This document shows positions 25,398 to 41,775 of a stretch of 64,000 bases of DNA, piece after piece. Made by a program: the position numbers and the translations under genes. How positions within the stretch are numbered: position 1 is the first letter of the stretch; the number at the start of each line of letters is the position of its first letter. The stretch lies in NCBI RefSeq assembly GCF_009914755.1, contig NC_060940.1, one strand, 5' to 3'. Source of the DNA: the human T2T-CHM13v2.0 reference genome, Homo sapiens. The notes under the pieces were generated by a model. The model did not search any database. It was given only the letters and a program-made list of their open reading frames with translations, and was not told the origin of the DNA.

Positions 25398-25620
25398 TGG
25401 GCAAGTTGGCAAACTTTCTGTAAAGGGCTGTGTCGGAAACATGTCCGGTGTGATGGCCATGTGGTCTCTGTCACATCTGCTCAGCTCTGCCGGTGTGTCT
25501 CACAGGCAGTCATAGGTGATACATAAATGAATGGGTGGGATTGTGTTCCAAGAAAACTTTATGTGCAAAAACGGGCACTGGGGCTGGCTTTGGCCCGGGG
25601 CTGTAACTTGCTGGCCCCTG
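25398..25620. mobile_element. MER58A DNA transposon
   Basis: gttggcaaactttctgtaaaggg ... tgtgttccaagaaaacttt ... ttgctggcccctg. Confidence 0.75.
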
Positions 25621-26292
25621 TGTGGAGTCTGGAATCTGGTGACCTAGGTTTGGATTTAAGTCACTCCCAAGTCTCCAATCCTGGACAAGTTTCTCTGTGC
25701 TGTTGTTTTCTTGGAGTACAGTGGATATTATACTAGCCTTGTGGTACTGTGGTGCAGGTGGCACTGAGGCTGGGGCAGTGTGGTAGGGCATGGGCCACTG
25801 GGCCTTGCGGGAGGTATGAGGTGGGGGCAACCCCATTTGGTTGGAACGTGGTGCTTTTTATTACTGTGGGCCAAGGTCCGAGGCATTTGGGAAAGACTGG
25901 ATTAGGAATGGGGGCAGCTGCTGCAGTTGGAGAGAAACACTGAAGGCTTTGGGGGCGTGGCTGATGATGGGGTTGACCGATGGGGCTGATGGGCTGCTGG
26001 GTTGCTCTGTGAGAATCGGAGGTGTCATCCTATAGGAACCACATGACCCCTCTTCGTGGGTCCCTTTATATCCTGTTGGACAACCTCTGTCTTCCCCCTG
26101 TAAGTCAATAAAACAGTCCCCCTGGCTTAATTTCATGTTTTTTGTGTCAGTCATGTTACTGTCTTGGTCAGTATCAGTGAAATCGCAGCCCCCATAAAGC
26201 TTCCTTTCTAGTGATGGGGTCTTTTTAAGCTTCTGAGTGACATCAGCCTTTGTAGCAGGATGGGCGTCCTGTAGTTTGAGGAGATTGGATGG

Positions 26293-26663
26293 TGTATTAA
26301 TTAGCTAGAGCTGCCCTAACAGAGTACCATGGGTTGGGTGTCATCACAGAAATGTATCTTCTCACCTTCCGGAGGCTGGAAGGCTGAGATCAAGGTGTCG
26401 GCAGGGTTGTTTTCTGAGGCCTCTCTCCTTGGTTTATAGACGGCCGTCTTCCCCCTGTGGTCTTTCTTCTCTGCATGACTCTGTCTTGTCCTTCTAAGAA
26501 GAGGAGATTAACAGTCGTGTTGGGTTAGGGCCCACCTTAATGACCTCATTTACCCTTAGTTACCTCCTTAAAGCCTCTGTCTGCAGGTATAGTCACATTC
26601 TCAAGTACTGGGGGTTTGGATTTGAACATGTGAATTACGGGGTGACACAGTTCAGCCTATAAT
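26293..26663 (-). mobile_element. MLT1A/B-type MaLR LTR
   Basis: tgtattaatt...ggaggctggaaggctgagatcaaggtgtcggcagggtt...cacagttcagcctataa. Confidence 0.8.
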
Positions 26664-27960
26664 AGATGGAGTTGCTTGGCACATGGAAACAGAGCCGGAG
26701 AGAGACAGAGAGAGGAAACCAGAAGTCAGGCTGTTGATGCTTGCAGGGAGGACAGGCAGGAAGGGTCCTAAATTGGGTCCCCTGTTGAGGTCACTCCCAT
26801 GAGGTGACCATTTGGGATTAGGTCTGAGCATCATTCTACTGAGGGCCAGGTGGACAGGGCCCTTCCTGCCACCATCCTGCTTATGGCACCGTCCTGTGGA
26901 TTTCCGCATAATCTCCGTGTGGAGTTGAACCCCACCCGGAGACCATATTCAGACACTGTCAGCTGGTGGCATGAGCAGTGTCACAAAGTCAGACTGTTGT
27001 GGGTTTCTAAAGCCAGCTTAGGCAGGACACCACTTTCCAGAGCCTCGGGTTGCCCATTGGTAAAATGGAGCTGCACATACCTCTCCCTTGTAGTCGTGGG
27101 AAGATTGAGAATCTGCATATGGCACGTTTGGCACAGTGCCTCCCGCAGAGTAGACCTCAATAAACTCTAGTTGTTCTTTTATCCTAGCTGTTGCTTTTAT
27201 TATTTTACTACTACTGTTTGTATTACCCTCAGCCAGCGATGTTTCTAGCTTGTTGATATCTCTTGGCCTTTCAGCTATAGATTATTTATTGTAGCAACTA
27301 ACTTGAAAAGTGATGCATTTGTGGTTTCATGTATCTTAGAAGTAAAGAAAATTCTTCTACAAGCCAAACAGAAAGCCCTTGGCTGCCTCACATCCCCAGT
27401 GACAATATTTTTCACAGTGTTAACAACTCTTAGAAGCACAGGCTATGACCTCTGCCCCAAAGCACTTGACTCTCAGCCAGGGTGAGGCTGTGGGCAGGAG
27501 GACTTCTGGAACATGAGTGATACCTGTGTGCCCAGATTCCTCGTTCTCTGTCCCCAGAGGCCTTGGTTCTCTGACTTCTCGGTCAGCTCCACTGTCTTAC
27601 CACATTCAAACCTTTCTTGGAAAAGAATCGTTCATCCTTTCACTTGGATGCCCTCTAAATTTGAACACATTTCTATCACAGTCTGCTAAGTCTTATTTTC
27701 ATCTGTGTATCTCTCCCTGTTTTACTCAGACTTTTTTTTCATTATTGCCACAAATGCTTCTTTAAATGATTTAGGCAAAGATGGAGTTGATTGGCTCATG
27801 TAACAGACAATTCTGAGAATGCTGGCTGAAGGTATGGCTGGATGTGGGAGCTGAAGCGATGTGATGTCGGGACACTGTCTCCCTGGTTCCCTGGGCTCAG
27901 TTTCCTATCTTGGCTTCATCCTTGGTGGGCTTTTCATCTACAGTGACAAAATAACCCCCT

Positions 27961-28270
27961 GGCCAGGCATGATGGCTCACACCTGTAATCCCAACACTTT
28001 GGGAGGCTGAGGCAGGAGGATGGCTTGAGGTCAGGAGTTCAAGACCAGCTTAGGCAACATCAGAAGACCCAGTCTCTACAAAAAATAGAAAACAAAATTG
28101 AGCTGGGCATGGTGGTGCGTACCTGTGGTCCCAGCTACTCAGGAGGCTGAGGCAGGAGGATCTCTTGAGCCCAGGAGTTCAAGGCTGCAGTGAGCTATGA
28201 TTATGCCACTGCACTCCAGCCTGAGCAACATGGTGAGACCTTGTCTCAAAAAAAAAAAAAAAAAAAAAAA
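27961..28270 (+). mobile_element. AluJ, full length with poly(A)
   Basis: Both arms, ggaggatctcttgagcccaggagttcaaggctgcag, long A tail. Confidence 0.95.
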
Positions 28271-29212
28271 GTGAAAAAATACCCCCAGTAGCTCTAGGCG
28301 TCCATCTCAGCAGCTTAGCAACTGTAGGCAAAGACCTGGGATGGATACTGGGTTGCTACTAGCAGCTGTGTCCAGTTGAACTCTCCACAGGCAGGTGCTG
28401 GCTTACTGGGTTTTGTCATCCCAGCCACTTGCATGGTGCCTGGCACATAAACCGCAGGACTGACCAGTGTTGTCTGGTAAAGATAATTTGGTTCCTAGCT
28501 GGGAACTAGCCCTCCTCTTAATGGTTTTTATGATTGTATTTTTCAGTGGCATAAATGATTGGAGAGTGATTTGTACCCCACACAGCCCTATGCAATAAAC
28601 AGGAGTGTGTATTACCTTCGTGTCTATCCATGCCAGCTGCTAAGCATGTTTTTCTGCTATGCGTTGGCTCACAGCTCACTGGCAACGAGTCCTCTGCTTC
28701 AGATCACTCAGGTGGGATTGAGGTGTTGGCACACATGCCAAGTGGCCCTTCTCTTTTCAGCTTCTGTTGAATGACTTGACTTGTATTTTTCAGACCTGTT
28801 CTTTGAATAGCACAAAGATCACTCTTCCTCTTTGACAAGAGCTGTTTTTTTCTGAAGGGACTAAGACGCGTTAACAGTTATTTATACCCTGTCTTGTTCC
28901 AAAAGGCATTTGAGTGGCATATCTTACAGATAGGTGCAGGAGCTTGGGCTGTTGCGTCTGAGACACTATCCTGATGGGCACACTCCTCAACATCTCTGAA
29001 CCTCATTTTCCCTGTCTGTGAAATGGGGATAATGAAGACCCATTGCAGAATGTTGTTTTGAGAATTAAATAATTTACAGCTTAAGTATTAGTCACTTTTG
29101 TTGTTGTTGCGGGAGGCTCAGGATCAGTGATGTGAAACAGTTGGCCTGGTGCCTGGGACAGAGATGTGCTCAGGAAATGGTGGTCCCCTTGTGGCCTTGA
29201 GTAAACGACTTA

Positions 29213-29455
<243 letters not shown>

Positions 29456-30530
29456 TCACGCAATGCATCTGTGAGCCACGCTTTCACTGCGAACTGTTTA
29501 ATCCTCCCGACAGCTCTGGACGACAGGTGGTCACCATTGTCACCTTTTTACAGAATATGGAAACTGAGTCCCAGTGGGTTGAAATAGTAGCCTGAGGTGA
29601 CATCTTTGCAGGCAGCGGAGCCAGGCGGCTGGACCCCAGAGCCCTGGTTCTTAACCAGCACGCGAGTCCTGGCGGCGCTTGTGGCAGGTTTCAGGGCTGA
29701 GGGTGGCATCCTTGCTCCCAGAAAATCACTTCAGATATTTTTAGGCCTGTATTCTATTTGGTCACTCAGCAGCCCAGTGTAGGTCTGGCGGATGGAGGAG
29801 TTTGGGTGCAGCTTCACGTTCAGATGGAAAAGCTGGTCTTCCCTGCACTTGCCTGCAAAGGCTCCTGGGGCAGAGCCCTGACACAGAATGTGGTTGGCCA
29901 CTCCAGGCATGCTAGCCCCCTGGCTTATAGGCTGCAGAAGGCTTCCTTGACTGTTGTCCACACACTGGGAGCAATTCAGTTTCTCATCTTCTTTGGGCCT
30001 CTGTAGCCAACTACAGTTCCTTGCTTCAGAGCCTGTGTCTGTGTTTGGAAGGGGGCTGTGGATTGCACCCCATGGGCTCCTACCTTGAATCCTCTGCTGG
30101 TATGAGCTTGGCAGGCCTGACTGGCCCTTCTCCAGAGAGAGCTTTGGCCTCAGCTGCTGAGCCCAACTTTCCAGGCTGCTGGGCTTGGCTGCCCGGTTTC
30201 ACTCCTAGAAACTCCTACACAGAGATCATGAGATTTACAGGACAGAGCCTTCTCTACGTGCTCCAAGTGGGTCCCTTGGTCATGCATTTCTTGGGCCTAG
30301 CTTGGTACCAGAAAAAGACACAGAAGCTGTCTAAACTTTGATTTAATTTTTATTCATTTTTACCTGGTCTTATTCCAAAAAGCATTTGAAGCAGCATAGC
30401 TTACGTATAGGTGCTGAGAGCATGAGGTGTTGTATCTGACACACTGTGTCATTGTGGGCATGTTCCTTAATGTCTCTGAGCCTCAGTTTCCCCACCTGTG
30501 AAATGAGAACACAGAAGACCTGTTCCAGAA

Positions 30531-30826
30531 TTTTTTTGTTTTTGAGATGAAGTCTCACTCTGTTGCCCAGGCTGGAGTGCAGTGGCAGCGATCTTGGCTC
30601 ACTGCAGCCTCTGCCTCCTGGGTTCATGCAAATCTCCTGCCTCAGTCTCTGAAGTAGCTGGGACTACAGGCGCCCGCCTCCACACCTGGCTAACTTTTGT
30701 ATTTTTAGTAGAGATGTCGTTTCACCATGTTGGCCAGGCTGGTCTTGAACTCCTGACCTCAGGTGATCTGCCTGCCTCAGCCTCCCAATGTGCTGGGATT
30801 ACAAGTGTGAGCCACCATGCCTGGCC
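30531..30826 (-). mobile_element. AluS inserted in a MIR
   Basis: Full dimer; agaat(t/a)tt on both flanks. Confidence 0.95.
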
Positions 30827-30847
30827 AGAATATTGTTTTAAGAATTA

Positions 30848-31168
<321 letters not shown>

Positions 31169-32034
31169 TCACCTGACTCAGAGCCAGGTGTGCGTGCGGT
31201 GTGTGCACTTGCGTCCTTGTGTGTGTTTGTGTGTGTGTGCACGGGCATATGCATGCACAAGTGCGTGTCTTCAGCTCGTTGCCAAATGGTTGCATCTGGC
31301 TTTCCCCTGCATGAAGCTCCGTCATTTTCCATAGTTTCTGAGCAAATTAACTTTGGCATCTAGCTGGGTTGCTCATTTGCTAGTCGTGCCTGTTAGGAAA
31401 GGCTTGTTAAAGCTGTGTTATTGGTGGCGTTTTAAAAATGTGTTACTCTCTTTGTGCGCCTTTTGCCTGTTAAAGTGATGACTCTATCCTCCCCCGTCCT
31501 CGTCATATTGAAGGCCATGATCACAAAGCTTGAGGAAGACCCAGTGCTGCATGGTGGAGTGGTTGTGAGCTCCCCCGAGGTCCATGGGCAGGTGCTTCTG
31601 ACGCTCAAGAACCCCGTCCTTAGGCCCACCTTCCAGGTCCACCTGCATCCCAGCCCCTGGCCGCCACCAGGGTTGGGCACCTCTGTCTTTCTCTTATCCT
31701 CCCAGCCTGATCTCTAGCACTTCCCCATTCCTGCCCTTGGTTCTTCTGGCCTCTGGTCTCCTTGTCAGTCCTCACGGTCCTGTCTGCTCCTCTTTCATTT
31801 CGTCTTGGCTGCTGTTGCCCGCCTGCTTCGTCACTCCATGTGCCCTCGTCCTTCAAGCCTCACCTCCAAGCTCACTCCTCTCCTGGGCCCGCTTTGAGAC
31901 CCTCATGGCCACCCCTGCTCGTGCGGTTAGTGTGCATGTACAGACGCTCTGCAGGCAATATTTCAGAGGGGAGGAAATGGAAGAAGGGAGGAAAGAATGA
32001 AGGGAATGGAGTATTTAGCATCCTGGATATTTAG

Positions 32035-32380
<346 letters not shown>

Positions 32381-34362
32381 GCAATCAGTTAATTTTTACA
32401 ACTCTTAGGATGTTGGTAGAGTTTTCCCTGTTTGAGAGAGAAGAAAGCTGAAGCTCAGAGATTAAGTAATTTGATCAATTACATCTGATCAATGATCAGT
32501 ATGGGTGTGCTGAATTCAGTGTACCTTTGTTCATTCAACAACATTTATCAAGCACCTGTGATGGGCCTGGTGCTGTCTAGGTGTTGGGCTTGTAGCTGTG
32601 ATGAAGAGGGTGTGATTTCCTCTTCCCCAGGGCTCCCAGTCCGGACTCTCTAATCTTTTCATGGCTCCTGATAAGAATTTCTTCCCAAGCAGGTGAGAAG
32701 GTCTTATTACTTCAGCCATTATCTGTATCTCTCACAGAGCCTATGTCCTGGGGACTGGGCAGGAAGGAGGGTCCTACCCTGTAGGATGGCTGAGGTAGAA
32801 AAGGCCATGTTTAGCCAGGTCCATTCCAGTTATTCTCAGAGACCCGAATGGAGAATGACAGGTGTGGCTGCCAGGCAGATGCATCCCGCGTTTCCGTGCC
32901 CTGCATTTATCTTTGCCATCTCACTGAAATGAATGTAACCTCATGGGGATGTTCCTTGTCTTCCCCTGTGGCTGATGGGTGTGTTTGTTAAATATCTGGG
33001 ATGTTTAATTTTTAGACGGCCTTGTAGGGAAGCGAAAACATGGCTCATCCCTTTCAGCTAGACGTAGGGAAACACTTCAAAGACACTGTCACCTCTGAAG
33101 CCATCCACTTTAGGTCTTTGAGGTTTTGAGTAAAGACAAGTGCAGCAAAATGACAAATGTTGGTTTAAAAACCTAAGCAGTCTGGAGATCTTTGGGATGG
33201 CATGTTTTGAAACAAAGCACACCGCCAAGGAACTCGCTTAGCTTGGGGCAACTTTCACAGCAACTGTTTGTTGGTGGGTCCTTTGGTAGAGAAACATGAG
33301 AGACTTTGAGGTCTGGGGCTTCGCTTTTGTGAAGCTCTGTCTTCCTGTGTAGGTGAGTCCCACCTTGGGGAAAAAAATCATCCCCGGGTGCATTCGAATG
33401 TTCTTTTGTGTTCGGCACCGTGCAAACCACTTTGCATGAATGATTTCACTTAATCTTGATGCATAAAACAGGGACACAGGGATGCTATTCTGATGACAAA
33501 GTATCCTTCCCCGCAAACATTATGGGACCCCTTTAAATCAAAGATAAGAATCTGGCATCCTGGGCTGCATATAGCCCATAGATCTGTTTGATTTGGCTAA
33601 TTCGGTTTTTAGGATTGAATTTATTGACAATGCTGAACATTCGGGCCATTTCCCATAAAGCTCACTATTTCCAATTTCCCTTGAGAAAATGGAAAGCTCC
33701 CACATAGGTGGGTGTGTTCACTTGGGGCTCAGTAGTGGTGGCCCTGTTTTCAAGAGGGCAGTCCTCACCATGTCACCCCATCCCCACCTAGCCTGCTTCT
33801 CTCAATTATTTTACCTGCCTGGTCCCTATAGGCATTTGTGTCAGCCCCTTTTGCTTTAAGTTATCAGCCCCAGAGCCTTTTTTTTTTTTTTTTTTTTTTT
33901 TAAAAAGCAACAGTCTTTCAAATTTGATGTCATACACAAACCTTTGGGCCTGTCATCGACTGAGCATTCCGTCAGCGAATATGCGTCAGAAAACAAACCC
34001 TGCCAAGATGCATGTGAGGGGAGGTTGACTGTCGCTTCACTACCGTTCCTGTGGGAAATGACATCATCTGCAGCAGGGGAGCAGGACACTTAGCAGCACT
34101 TCCCAGAGTGGTGTCCCAGGACAGAGGGGCTGCAATCTCCAGGAAGGTGGATCATCATCTCGCTATTGTCTTAAATGTCTGAGTTATAGATCTTTGAGGG
34201 CCTTGAACTCCAGGACAGCAGGGAGGTAGGGGGAGGAGTCATCCAGACTTGGAAAAGATTCTTTAATTTTACTTGAAGTGAAACTCTTGCTGCTGGGAGT
34301 ATAAGAATTCATTTCATCAAGCAAAAAAAGCTCAAATCAGTGATGTTTAGTGGTGACTATAA

Positions 34363-34682
<320 letters not shown>

Positions 34683-34714
34683 TCATGATGAGAGCAGCCA
34701 ATGCTCTTTGCATT

Positions 34715-34925
34715 TCTTTATGTGCTAGACAGTGTGTTAAGTGCCTTCCCCAGATTATTTCAGTGAATTTTTCACAATAACTCAGTGAACTGGGTACCAT
34801 AGTTATCCTTCCCGTTTACTAATGAGGACGCCAAGGCCCAGGCAGGATCACCACATGCTCAAGCTCATGTGGCTCATCACTGGCAGGATCAGGATTTGAA
34901 CCCAGGCAGTTGGACTCCACCTCCA
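34715..34925 (-). mobile_element. MIR
   Basis: tcacaataactc ... aggatttgaacccaggcagttggactcca. Confidence 0.7.
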
Positions 34926-35642
34926 CCGCTACCCTCTCCTGCTTCCTGTGGGTCAAGGCACATCCGGGAAGACAGTCTGTCTGGGTCTGTGTTTGTGACA
35001 ACGGCCCAGCACTTGATATCTTTATGAAACCCTTATTAAATCAAAGAAGAAGAACCAGCTGGCATTTTGGGACATAGAGAAATATAATATTTACATTTTA
35101 AATAAATTAGGCCATCACCACAGACCCAGAGACATTGATTATTCTCAGAGTAGCTAACAGGAGGTTGAAATGGCTTCATATTGCGGGTCTTCCAGCCTGT
35201 AGGGAGAAAGCTTTGGTTTGGCGCTCACTGTAACACAGTTAAAGCCAAGGTATTCAGAATAGACTCTCTGCTCAGCATCCTGCGTTGACACAGAAGCCGT
35301 AAATAAATTTGATGGCAGAGCAGTTCTTGGCAAGAATTTAACAACAAATCTTGACATGAAACTGTGTCCCTGCTGCCCTGTGTCTGTCACCGTGTTGTTG
35401 AGATTGGCCTGGACGTGTTGGCACGTTTCACTGGATGGTTTGTGTTGCAGTCATGCCCATAGCTTAAAATTTTTTCCCCTCAGAGAAAAGATATTGGAAT
35501 ACTGTGTTTTCTCTTTACTCAGGGTTTGCATTTGGAGTGGTGAAATTTGCACTTCATTGTATATTCTGAAGGGTTGGCAAGTGACAAGTCACCTGTCCTT
35601 CCATTTTAGAGATGGAACATCAAGGTATGAGAGAACTCTGTT

Positions 35643-35950
35643 GGCTGAGTACAGTAGCTCATGCTTGTAATCCCAGCACTTTGGGAGGCCGAAGCAGGAG
35701 GATCGCTTGAGTCCAGGAGTTGGAGACCATACTGGCCAACATGGTGAAACTCCGTCTCTACTAAAATTGAAAAAAATTAGCCAGGTGTGGTGATGTGTAC
35801 CTGTAATCCCAGCTACGCAGAAGGCTAATATGGGAGGATCACTTGAGTCCAGGAAGTTGTGGCTGCAGTGAGCTATGATGGTGCCACCATACTCCAGCTT
35901 GGGCAACAAAGTAAGACCCTGTCTCAAAAACAAACAAACAAACAAAAAAC
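35643..35950 (+). mobile_element. AluJ with (AAAC)n tail
   Basis: Full dimer. Confidence 0.93.
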
Positions 35951-36271
35951 AGACACCACAAGAAGCCTTGGAAGGCAGAGGGACTGGGCATCATTGAGCA
36001 CCAGAGTTGGCCAGGCCTGGGAGATGTTTTCTCAGTTTGATCTTAACCATCTTGGGCAGCAGGTAGTGCTAAACTCTTTTACAGACAAGGAACTGAGTTT
36101 GCATAAAGCATGTCACCTTCTGAAGGCCACCCAGCTGGCAGGTGATGGGGCTGGGAGGCAGCAGTAGGTTTGTCTTCCCTCCAGAGGTTCCTTTTATGTC
36201 ACACTGTCTCCACAGTTGCTGGAGATAGGTATATTAATTTTTTTTTTTTACTTAGCTATATTGAGGTATAA

Positions 36272-36619
<348 letters not shown>

Positions 36620-38043
36620 TCACATATCTCACTTTGAAGAAGAATACTTGCAAACATGTGACCCATTTGCCCCAGATTTTATGGACGAAGGGAAGGATTG
36701 TCATTCAGTGACGGTGATGGCGTGGTTTCCCTGGCCGAGTGAGGACAATGGCCTCATGGAGAAACCCTGAGATTTTGCTGCCATTGTCAGCATCTTCCCT
36801 CATCATCTCAAGTCTGGGACAGTCCTCTTTATGTCCTGGGTATAAAAGCTCCGAAGAAGAAAACAGGTTGCAAGTGGAAGTTTCTGCAGCCGAGGAACGG
36901 TCGGGTGACACTTCCATGGCCCTCTCACAGCCGCTTCACCTTGAAAGTGCTGCGGTCCTTGGGTTGAATCCAGGTTCTCTTCACAGCGACTGCCAGAGGA
37001 GCCGAGGAAGCACCTGCATTTGGAGCTATTCAGTGCATCCTGGAACCGGTGTTTGGCTTATTTTCTTAGCATAAGTAGATTTCTACCTAATGGGTCATCA
37101 GTGTTTTCTGGGGCTGAGTCATTAGGGAGGTGGGAGGCGGATCAATTGTTTAGACCAGACATCGCCTCTGCAGTTTGCCGAAACCACGGCTTTTGTTTTC
37201 TTTGAAAAGGAAAATGTTGGAGTCCAGTAGACTTTCTTAAGCAGTGTGGAGGCAACTCATGAGCCGTGGGGTTGGGCGAGGAAGGGAAGTACACTCTGTT
37301 CAGAACCCTGGGGATGTTCAGAACCCTGGGGGTAAATAAGGAAGCTCATCGGGGATCAGACCAGCAGAGGGACTGCCTTCCTTGGCTGCCTTCCCCCCGG
37401 GAGGTATTCCCGGGAACAAGGAAGCTCATCCCCTCTTAGGTTCTCACCGTGCATCAGGCGTTGTGCACAGGTTCCCACAAGGGGTGTCACGTTCTCCTCA
37501 CAGCTTCAGGAAATCTGTATCATTAAAGTTTCCACTTGTAGATGAGAAAACTGAGTCTCAGAAAGGCTGTGTAATTTGTGTGAGGTCACACAGCAGCATT
37601 CACACCAGGTCTCCCAGAACACACAGCCCATACTATATCCCCATAGGCAAATCAGAAATGGCTAGCTTGATAAGGGACATCATCCTTGACCTGTTGCCTT
37701 CCTGGGTGGCAGGGGCCTGGGAGATGAGACTCTATGGAATCTCTCCCTGCAGACCCCTACCCCATCCCCACCCCCAGACCCACCTTCCATGTGGGAGGCG
37801 CTTGTGGAATATTTATTGATTGAAAGAGGTTGAAAGAAACATGTTTAACAACATATGGCCCAAAATCATAACAGTGTTTCCAGATGGAGGATTCATGATG
37901 CTGCCCTGCAGCTTAGAGTCCCCCAGATTAGGAGTGTCACATGGAGGGAGAGGTTAAACTTGTTCCACCTGTGGCCGTCATGGGCTGTCCTAGGACTACA
38001 CACAGACAACTTTGAATTCAGTGGAAAGAGACCTGCGCCATCA

Positions 38044-39000
<957 letters not shown>

Positions 39001-41599
39001 CACCATGAGGGTCACTGAAAAAGGGTCTTTTAGCATCAAATGAGGAATTGGAGACGATCACTTTTTAGATTTAAATCCAAGACATAATGATCAGGTTTAG
39101 TTTCTTAGCCAAAAATTGTTTTCTTTTTCATCTTTGTTTTCATCATCGTCATCTTCTCCATCCTCCTCCCCTTCTTCTCCTTCCCTGGAGAAACTAACTA
39201 GAATGGAATGCAGCTGTAGAAATCCTGGTTAATTTCTCAGATGCAGAATCTGGTCTCTGCAAAGGAAGGAGAATTTCTATTGAAGCCCAACCTTTTGTTT
39301 GAAGTCCTATTCTCTGTAACGGGGCATAAAGACAATGTTCCTCAGTCAGTAAGCATTCCTAACCTTGAGCTCTAGGATGTAAGCTCAGAGGAGGAAGGAG
39401 CTTTTATCTGTTTGTTCCCTGTTGTATCCCCAGTGTCTAGACAGTGCTTGGCATGTAATAGTAAGGATGGATGGATGTGGGAGACAGAATGGGAAGAGCA
39501 TGGTTTTGCATTGAACAGATTTGTGTTTGGAGTTCTGGAAACGTTGGTCTGTGAGTCATCTGGAGCAGAGTGACCACTTGGGGGCAGTGTGAGGTTATTA
39601 TCAGTAACTTGCACCTGGTGGCCAGGTAGACAAGAGGCTAGAACTGCGAGAACAGTCGGGAGGGACCAGAAGGGACGATCTCCCCTGTCTCTCTTTCACA
39701 ACCCCGGCAGCAAACATCTCTAAGAGTCTGATTAGGTCACCCGGAGCATGTGGTATCTTGGGCATTGAAGCATCTTTGTGGGTTCTTGAAGGTCTGAGAT
39801 CCTCCAGTGGAGAGTGTTCCTCAGTGTCCCGCTTTATAGCCTTTTACGTGGAGTCTTTGCCTTCCATCCACTAAAGGGGCCCCTATCCTTTGTCTGTCAC
39901 CACTGGCATCTTTCCTCTATTTACTTCACCATGAGGTTATGAGAACTCATCCTACAGTCTCTTCTAAGCCCCTATTTCCTTACCTGTAGAATGGGCATAA
40001 TGCCTTGAAGAGACGTGATGATTACAGTGAAGGAATATTGATAAAGGACCAAGAAGAGTGTCTGGCCTGTGGAACGCATCCAACCTATGGTTACTATTAT
40101 TATTGGAGCCCAAGGAGAGATTTGAATTGTATTTGGGGCTTTCACAGACAAATTCATTAGAAAGTACTGCCTGGGCCCATATAGCAGACAGAATACAAGT
40201 CTTGTGATGGATAGACCTGGGTTCAAATTCTGACTTCACCACTTGTGATTTGTATGACCTTGAACAAATGATTTAATGTGTCTGAGACCAGTTTCTTCTT
40301 GGGTAAAAGGATATCATGATACCTACTTCCTGTGGCTGTTGCAAAGCTGCCTTTAACAAATGTCTTTGGCCTCTGTGCCTTTCCTCAGACTTTCAGGCCC
40401 ATTGTGAGAGAGCTAGGAAGATACAGGGTTGTCAAGTTGACACATGTCAGAATAGGATTGGTTCTGCCACAGTAACAAATGATCCTCAATCTCGGTCTTT
40501 AACAAAATAAAAGCTTATTTCCTGTTCGTATGTGTCCAACATGGGTTGCCCAAGGGCAACAGTGGGACTGTTCTGCTCCACATAATGACTCAGAAATCTA
40601 GGTGGACAGAGGCTCCCATCTTGTGGCCACACCATGGCTTTCTCACTTAGTGTTACAGGGAAGGGATGGTGCAGGGTCACACGCCAGCAGTCCTATGCTA
40701 TGACTCAGAAGAAACATTTGTCACTTCCACCTGGAACTCGTTGGCCCTAAGTCAGAAGCTTGTGCCCTGTTGTGCAGAGGGGGCTGGGAAGCTTGGGGAG
40801 CAGGTAGGGTGCATGGTGAGCACCAGTATCTCTGCCACAAGGACCCACTTGTTGTCTTCATGACATTCCCATTGTAGGGATTAGAGCAGCTGTGGGCTAG
40901 TGACTCCGTAGCTGCCAGGTCATTTCCAGCACAGTGCTTCGTGCCAGGAAGTAAAGAAATTTAGGCTTGAGACCCCAGCTTCATAGATGCTGCTGAGAAC
41001 GTGAACTCTTTTACCTCTCCCAGATTCTGGGAGGTAGATGTGGTCTTGTAATGCTGACTGTTGAATAGAAAACAGAAGAAGATCACATTTGATGAGCCAC
41101 TCTGTTGGGGGTGGCCTAGGCAGGGAAGCATTGTGATACTTTTGCACTTACCTTCACTGCGTATATCATGGGGATATGAGTCACCCAGAGAAAAAGTTTT
41201 ATTGCCTGTTGCCCTCTGCAAGGGAAGAAAAGTCACAGATGTCTGCTGCATGCCTCCTGAGGGCAAGAGTGTATGCTTGGCATTTTAACATACAAGATCT
41301 CGGTCATATCTTCAGTGTCCCATGGAGAGAAGAGATTACAGTCTCCATGTTGCTGATGAAACCATGAGGCTTAGGGGTGTTCAGAGCTGTGTAGAAACAA
41401 TGGCTGCCCCGTTCATGGGACACAGCCAGTGAAGTGTGGTCCCAGATTCAAGCCCTTAAATTCCATGTTGTTGTTTTAAACTATACCATCTCGTCTTTCC
41501 ATTGTAATGTCTGTGGGGCTTAAGGAAGTTGTAGGGATGTGCCCAGTTCTGTGTGTCAATCAAAGCTGTAAGAATCAGAATCTTGTGTCTTTTACGAAG

Positions 41600-41775
41600 C
41601 TTGAGTTGTATATTGGCTCATTTAGTCCTCATAACAACGCTATCATGTAAGAGCTCCTATGGCCACCATTTTTCAGATGCAGAAACTGAGGTCCAGAGAG
41701 GTTGAATGATTTACCCAAGGTCACCCAGCAAGTTACTGGCAGACTGGGACAGAATCCTGGCCGTCCAGCTCCAAG
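41600..41775 (-). mobile_element. MIR
   Basis: ccatttttcagatgcagaaactgaggtccagagaggttgaatgatttacccaaggtcac. Confidence 0.8.

Noticed and set aside
33877-33901. Isolated poly(T), and A-runs near 22485 and 54826, as retrocopy tails
   Set aside because: No attached element body or convincing TSD was found.
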